Assembly (NCBI GenBank): GCA_051362555.1
Contig: CM120640.1
Coordinates: 36,351,967-36,415,966, forward strand
Source of the DNA: Lingula anatina
Lineage: Eukaryota; Animalia; Brachiopoda
Length of the DNA stretch: 64,000 nt
Direction: 5' to 3'
Shown: piece by piece, positions 52,686 to 64,000 of the stretch
How positions within the stretch are numbered: position 1 is the first letter of the stretch
Layout of the letters: every line of letters starts with the position of its first letter
Translations under genes and position numbers: made by a program
The notes under the pieces: model-generated
The model's database searches: none
What the model was told of the DNA's origin: nothing
The model's input: only the letters and a program-made list of their open reading frames with translations

Positions 52686-55600
52686 ATGGCTCACCCGTCT
52701 GACCACAGTCAGGAGTTGGACCTTCTTAAGTCAATCCTAGAACACACAGGTGGCATTAACCAACTGTATAGCACCTCAGAGTTTTCTAGCAGATCAAGCT
52801 CTTTTATGGGAAGACCTGGTAGCAGAAGAAGCTGCCGAAGCAACAGTAGTAATAGGATGGAAAGAGAGAGTGGAAACAGTACAAGCAGTGACAGTAGCAG
52901 AAGCAGTGATGATGAAGAAAATGTGAAGCGAAAATCTAATAAGAAAAACCATGAGCACAGACATGGACATAAGCATCACCATGGGCATGGCCATAAACAT
53001 AAGCATCATCACAGACACCATCACCAGAAAGTAGAAGAGAAACGGTTCTCCAAGGTAGAAAGCAGTGCCACTGCTAAGCTACAAGAGAAGTATCAAGAAC
53101 TCCAGCGCTTATTAAATGAACAGTATCTGACCCATAAGAATGCGTTGTTGGAGGACCAGCTAAAACACAGCAGGTCTCTACTAACACATTATCTGACCAA
53201 CAGCCGCTGGAATACTCCTCCACCAGAGTGGGCAGATAAACACCTGAAGAAGACCAGAGAGGTCAAGGTGCCCTCCCCTCGCTATGATACTGGGACCCAG
53301 ACCAAGAGCGATGATAATAGCTCTAATGGCTCGGGTGTTCACCAAGAACCCAAAGAAGTTAAAGTCAGAGAGAAAGTTAAAAGAAAAGGGAAAACACAGA
53401 AGGTGGTTGTTGATCAGGAGGATACTAGAAAACAGGACAAAGGTAACTAAGACTTCTATCTATGTGACAGTCATGTAATGTTAAGTTTATGAATTGTATA
53501 TTTATTTTTTATACAGTCAGTCTATGGGAATTTTGTTCAAAAATACATTCAAAATACTTGTGATTTGGAGGCTCACTCTGTTGTTCCCAATAATACCCTA
53601 TAAATATACATTCATAAGGCCATCTTTTTCTTTGTGTATTCACTTTCTATAAAAATACAGTTTAGGTATAGGGGGGGGGTTATTAAAATTCATTACTTGA
53701 AAAAGATGTACTGGGACAGCCATTGAGGTGTAAGATGAAGCTTTTCTAATTTAGAATTCAGATTTCCTCTACTCCATATTTTCCATTGATGCAAATATTT
53801 TATATGAATGTGTGGTAAAATTTGTTGCATTTATAAGCTTTAAAAGTACCCCATGTTATCTAATTATAAATCATACGTTATCCCTATTTCATTTTTATTG
53901 CTCACTTTGTAAAGCCAGATGTGAGATAAGATTTTCTTAATATGCCAGTATAGTACAATATAAACCAACTAAATATATTGTTATACAAAAAAAGAAGAAA
54001 AATCACTTTGTAACCATATCAGTATCATTAAGACAAAGCTACTTTACAAAAGATAAATTTTGCAGAGATTCTTAGAAAAAGGATGGTTATTTCCATAAGG
54101 AATTCAGCCAATGGGAGTTAATTTCCTGGTCTCCTTTTTGACAGAATAAATTGAAATAAATTATCATTATTTTTTTCAGGTGCTTGCGGTGAGACAGGAA
54201 ATAAGGGTGATGTATCTAAGCTGGAGGAAAGTTTAAAGCGGGTCACCTTTGCTAACCAAGAGGCGGAAAGTGTGACAAGTGGCGACAGAGACCCTGATTT
54301 AGTCATCGACACTGTGGAGCGTGAGATTGCACTTAAAACTGTCCTGAAAGAAAATGGTGAAAAGAAAACAAAGCCAAAAAAGCAACAGATCACAAAGTCT
54401 TCCAAAAGTAAAAATAAAGACTTGACTTCCACTGAGAGTGCAATTAAACAAAAGTCTGATAAGTCAGCCTCTCCCACAAGAAGCAGGACTCCTATTGTTC
54501 CTACTGACTCTCACCTTGAGAGCACCACAAATGATGAAATTAAGAAGTGGTTACTGGAAAAAAAGAGACTTGAGAGAAAGAAGCGTGCTGCACAGCGAGC
54601 TAAGGATAGAGCATTTAGAAAAGAACAAGAGGAACTGCTAGATTTCAAGCGACATCGTCTGGAGGAATCTGCTGTTGAGTTTGATAAGTGGAAACACAGC
54701 AAAGAAGTCGAGATTAGGCTTCTTAGAAAGAGAGAAAGAATTTCAAAAGGCAGACCCACTGAATACTCTCCAAGTACCCCGCTCAACATGTCTCCCAGGG
54801 GTAAGACCTCTGGTAGTCCCCAGGCACAACGTACCCCATCTCCTGTGACAACCACCCCAAGAGCTTCCCCCAGGACCCCAAAAGAGACCCCAAAGGATGA
54901 ATCACATCAAGATGATGCCAATAACGAGAAAAAGCAAACTGAAGAAGAGGAGAAAAAGAAAACAATACAAGAGGCTGACATTCCTGACACACTAAGAAAC
55001 AATATACATACCCAGAAAATTGCAGAAGAGATCAAGCGCCAGTCGAAAATAGCTAAGGAAGCGAGAGAGAAGGCACTGCGTGGGGAAGAGGTTGAGTATG
55101 GATACAAGAAACCAGTAGCTGAAAGTAAAGTCGATAGAGCAAAAAGGATAAGTCTTCAGAAAAAGAAAGCAAAAGAAGAAGAGGAGAGAAAGAAAAGGGA
55201 GGAGGAAGAGGCCCAAAAGAAACGGATCTCATATGAAGATTGGCTTAAAGTTAAAAAGCAGGAGGATGAAAAAAGGAAGAAAAGGGAGAAGAAACTTGAG
55301 GCAGAAAAACGGAAAAACCTTGATCTGAAAGATGTCATACCCAATTTAGCCAAGCAACGTATTGACAGAGCATCAGAAGGAAAAGGGAAGCGAGTTGACA
55401 GTGGACTAAACAAAAGCGAAGATCACGACAATTCCAGAAGTGAAAATGAAACCAATGTACAGAGTGGAACCGAGTCGACAGGTTCTCCGCCAACACCAAA
55501 ATATGTCTGGAAGCCAAAAGATCACAGCTCAGACGACAAAGACGTAATAGACAAAGTAAGTGACGCTAATAGGTCCTTCCCACGTGCTCGTCCACCATCG

Positions 55601-56047
55601 GCTCGCCCAGTATCAGCATCGCGTCTCTCCGCAAGAATACCAAATCCACCCAGACCTTCAAAATCGCCCGTTCCGCCCAAGAATCGAACTGACCACATTA
55701 CTGATGAACACCCAAATCCGTTTTCTTCGCCAGTGCCCCCTCACCCGAAAACCGCGGGTCCAAACAGTCCTGCGTTTAGGCGGCACCAGTTTGGAAAGCA
55801 GAAAGGAGACGCACTGAAAGGGGAACGCCCAGAACCACAGGGGAGTGATCAGCCCGCCGCTAGAGGGCATTGTGGCGGTGATTCTCAACCATCCGCACAG
55901 AAGTCTGCTCCTGATATAACTGTGGAAGACATAGATGGAGACTCGTTGAAACAGAACAATTCAAATGGAAACAATAACAATCATGAAGGAAAACCTGAAG
56001 TGGTTGTTGAAGTGAAAAGGTCTCTCTTCCTGACTAGCATAGATTAG
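52686..56047 (+). CDS. 874-aa low-complexity coiled-coil protein with CCDC181/CCDC34/MAP9-like W motifs; exons 52686-53442, 54180-56047
   Basis: Two long ORFs joined in frame by a phase-1 GT-AG intron; motifs IKKWLLEKKR, FDKWKHSK, SYEDWLKVKKQE; His-rich tract. CDS is secure, family call tentative. Confidence 0.8.
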
Positions 56048-59000
56048 TCAAATAGTTTTTATAGTTTGTAGCAGTATAGTTAAATTGTAGCAGTAGTTTA
56101 GTAGTAGCAGCTATACATACTGCAGCGGTAGAAATGAAGCATCGTTTCAATTTAAATGTGATATTTCATTTGTGATTTACGGATTAACCAAAGATATTTT
56201 TCAGTGCAATTGTTATTTCACTTGCTGCTTCATAGGAGTTATTTTTTCTTGCGTTTTGCCAACCATTGTGAGATTAGATGAGATGTGTTTGATTTTTTTC
56301 TTTTTTTGTCTTTGAGCGATCATATATATAGATCGAATGTGATGGTGGATATTCATAAGCGTGCTATCACTGCTGCTGTACAAATGTAGATGGGGTCTTT
56401 TTATCAGTGGGTTTCATCATTGCTGCACATGCGCGCTTGTACGCACACGCATGTTATCAGCTTCCAAATATTAAAGATGTATTTTTGCACAACATATCGC
56501 CGTAGGCACCAACACATTATTGTAAGGTTCATATGTGACATTTTTACCCCATATATGATACTCTTAGCATTTTGTTCTCAAGACAGACTTCTTTATTTTT
56601 CATAATTGTGTACGTAGGTTACTGTAGATATTAAACAATGTAAACGCACATTTTCAAAAAGAAACATTCCATTCATGTGCTTACAAACTCTTATAAAAAT
56701 AGATTTATGCCATAAGTCTTTGTGCTGTTGTTTTGTTTTGTAGTTGAATGAACTTGTTCCCATTTCTGTTACACTTCATTGTAGTAGAATGGTATGGATT
56801 TTGTTCTTGTTTCTATGTTAATGTATCTTAAATTTGTTTTTCATCATAACATTTGCTCAGCAAATAAACGCTCAACTTTTCAAAAGAAATGGCCTTATTA
56901 GTTCAACAGGTGAAAGAAGATAAACTTTAATGAACTTCTGCAAGAATGGCAATTTTTGTCCCGTGCGTATAAAACGACTCATTCGCGAGGGTGTTTACTT
57001 ATAGATTTGAACTATGGAAACTTTTGACGTGCTTCTTTTATTGCAGCATTTAACCAGCCAAACACGTGAAACACTGTGCAAACTGTCGCTAAGAAATTCA
57101 TATTTAGGTTTTGTTTCGTAACATGAATTCACACGATTTGGCATCTCTGGCATGTGTACGTACATGTATATTCTTTACACATTAGTATGATAATTTTTAT
57201 TTGATGCGTTAAGCGCTCAAGCAATTATTGTAAAACGTTTGCTGCTAAAACATTATACGCCATAATTTAAAACATCAACAGAATACAGCTCCTATTTACA
57301 TTATAGAGAGTTTGATTGATTTGTATCAAAATCAAACCCTTTTAAGCGATTTACAAGACCAGTAAGAGTAAATGACAAGCAATATTTAAAAATGGGATCT
57401 TTTTTTTCACAGTGTGTAATGATATGTGGTTGAATTATTGGTCAATTCTCCATGAAACGGATTGTGATCATGCTTTTGATACTTTTGCATTTATGCTCAG
57501 TATGAACCTTACTTTACTCAATCTTTCAAAACATTGTTGCTCAACGTATTTTCGGGATGATCCATTTGATTTCTGTGTCCCCCATCAAAATTCCTTATCA
57601 TCTCTGTCTCATCATTATAAGCTTTCCGATTTGAGTCTTTTTATCAATATTTATTTTAATTACAACCTGAAATATGTTAACGTTTAAATCATGAACAGTT
57701 CCATCATATTATAAATGCCAATCACAAAACTCGATTCATACTTGACAACACGCCAAATCCGCTTTCTCGCTAAGCGAAAAGCGAAGAGCATATCCTATTT
57801 TCCTTATAACAAATTGATAAGTAGGCCCGTTGGGACATTTTATTAATAGTGAAGATTACACCGTTGAAATATGCTCAATACCTCCTCCTTTGCATGTATC
57901 GTGGATTTTGGTATTCTTTTTCTTTCTTTAATGTATGTTCAATTGTTCTTGAACATCCTTGCCAAGAATAAAAAAGTTGCATTGTCTCTTCACATGGACC
58001 TAAATAGTCATGTCTTTTGCTTTCAAAGAACAAAAACTCCCGTTGCACTAAAAACATAGGAAAGGAAACGACAACGCCACTTGCATTAGTTTCACAATTT
58101 TTATTTGTAATTTCAAACAATTTGTTTTTGGATCACACGTTATTTCTGATCGAATATTTCCAAAGCTGTGGAAATTTGGCATATCTTTATGTACAATAAG
58201 AAAGTTACTATTTTGTGCTGAACACACCAGTATTGTCCAAACTAAGTATGTTCTCTTGTCGTAAAGACTGGCCAACTATGTAATAAAGCCTTCTTAATAT
58301 TCCAAGTCATCCGTTGTTTGCAAAACTCTAGAAGCCGAGGAAATATTCGACCACAGATAATAATATTTGATAAATACAATAGTTGTTGATTGTTTGGCAA
58401 TATCACACTTTGCATATGAAAAGAGAAGCTAAAATAAGAAATACCTGCTCTCATCAAGGAAAAGAAAAAGGTAAAAGATGAATCCCTTTGAGACTCTGAG
58501 AGATTCTGCTTGGGAGCAATAAATATATTTCTTTAAAATCGCAAAATCGAGTCTCAGGTATGCATTTATATACATATCATAGTTCGAGATAGCCGCTAAA
58601 TTCCAAACTGTTCTTAAGGGGGATTTAAGACCAGGGTGCAATAGATGAACACTAGGCAATTCGGTGTGGTCACTCTCAACTACACATTTGTGACCTTTGA
58701 GGTAAAAAAACAACTACAGGAAAGTTATTCATAGCGAGCATGACAATAAAATCTACAATGAATATGAGAGCTCGGAAGTGGAATAAAACTACAAAATGAC
58801 GATATTTACACAATTTTACAATTTACAAGATACTTTTCGATAGCATAACGACCCATAACTCTTTGAAAGTCCCCTGTGGTGTTTTCAATGCAATTATGCT
58901 CAAAGGAATCCCTCTTCTAAGTACACATTTTATCTTATCTACCTTCTAACATTTTATGGCATAAAACGAAATGAGTTTTATCTAAGTTCGAAAAGTGCGC

Positions 59001-59799
59001 ATGAACATGCATGATGATGGGGTATATTTTCACGTTATTATGCTATGGCATGAAAACCCCCATGACCGGCATAGTGTTTTATCTATTTCACCTCAGAGGA
59101 CTTTCAGTTGTTAGCTTTCCTTCCATTGCGTCCTCCACTTCGGGACACCCTCGACACACAATCGATCGCTAGAACGAGATTATATTCCACGCGCACGTTG
59201 CGTGTCAAACAACCACTGCTGCCTACATCTGTAATAATTGCTTAACATCCTATAGCAATAACTATATCATATCGCAAATTGTCCCCCTATGATTATATTT
59301 TGTAATGGAATGTATGTTTTCTTACTCAAGAGATTTGAAAGCGCGAATGGATCTATTTTACAAGCGTTAATTTCTAAAGTAACAGCTGAGTTTCGATTCT
59401 CACTTTATCATTATGAGTAATTTTATGACACTTCCCACAGATTTACGAAATAGTCCCGTGTCAACATTTGAGCTTTGTGATTTGTCACGCCTGTCCCTTA
59501 GCCCCACCCCTGGGTCAGACCCATACCATATCCCCATGACTTTTCCCATCCCGGCCTCAAACTACTTCCACACTTTTGTTTCATCTCTCTGCAAACCCCC
59601 CAACCTGTATCACATTCCGTTATGTGGAAATGAACATAATAGGCTTCGCATTGTCAACACATTAATAGCATAGACAAATTGAGCATGAGCAATTATCAAA
59701 TTGAATAACCGTAATAATAATAATATTGATATTAATACTGTGCACATTATACATATAGCACTGATGAGAGATCAATACAGTCTTACAACAGAAGATTCT

Positions 59800-63689
<3,890 letters not shown>

Positions 63690-64000
63690 CTGAATATTAA
63701 AAAAGCGATAAAATAGAAATAAATTATAATTTTCAAATTCATTATAAACATCATTATTAATCATTATTAATTGATTAATGACATTTATTTATGTAAACAT
63801 GGTTACTAACCATGATAAAACAGTCACGCTACTGAATGACATCTGGTCACTCACCAATAACATTAACATCATGTCACAAAGCAGACCTAGGACTTTGACT
63901 CAATCATAATAAACCGTTTCAATGGCATATTATATCAGAAAACAAAAAAAAATCATTGTAGGCTATTAATCTTTTTGGAGGCAATGTGCAACATGCACGT

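Noticed and set aside
56050-59790. Short ORFs between the coiled-coil gene and tektin
   Set aside because: No motifs or coherent exon chain; consistent with 3' UTR/intergenic DNA.

Overview
Animal (AT-rich, spliceosomal-intron) genomic DNA, probably a marine invertebrate (lophotrochozoan-like; inferred). Genes left to right: 5' coding exon of a type I polyketide synthase (minus, runs off the window); a decayed PTCHD3/Patched-related pseudogene; a bacterial-type CapA/PGA_cap metallophosphoesterase with an intronless CDS (HGT candidate); two convergent LITAF paralogues separated by a Helentron-like element holding a 146-bp satellite; an endosomal Qa syntaxin (Stx7/12/Stx20-TSNARE1 type, 10 coding exons); TEX52-like; an 874-aa coiled-coil protein; the 3' exons of a Tektin-3/5. 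Many DNA transposon relics (Kolobok with THAP, Harbinger MITEs, P-like, Tc1), an L2 fragment and a tRNA-SINE. Best leads: a P-like element next to what looks like its own excision footprint, a Tc1 transposase split by a ~3-kb inversion, the CapA gene, and the PKS/RND-transporter/CapA neighbourhood. All coordinates and family calls were made by eye, without database searches.
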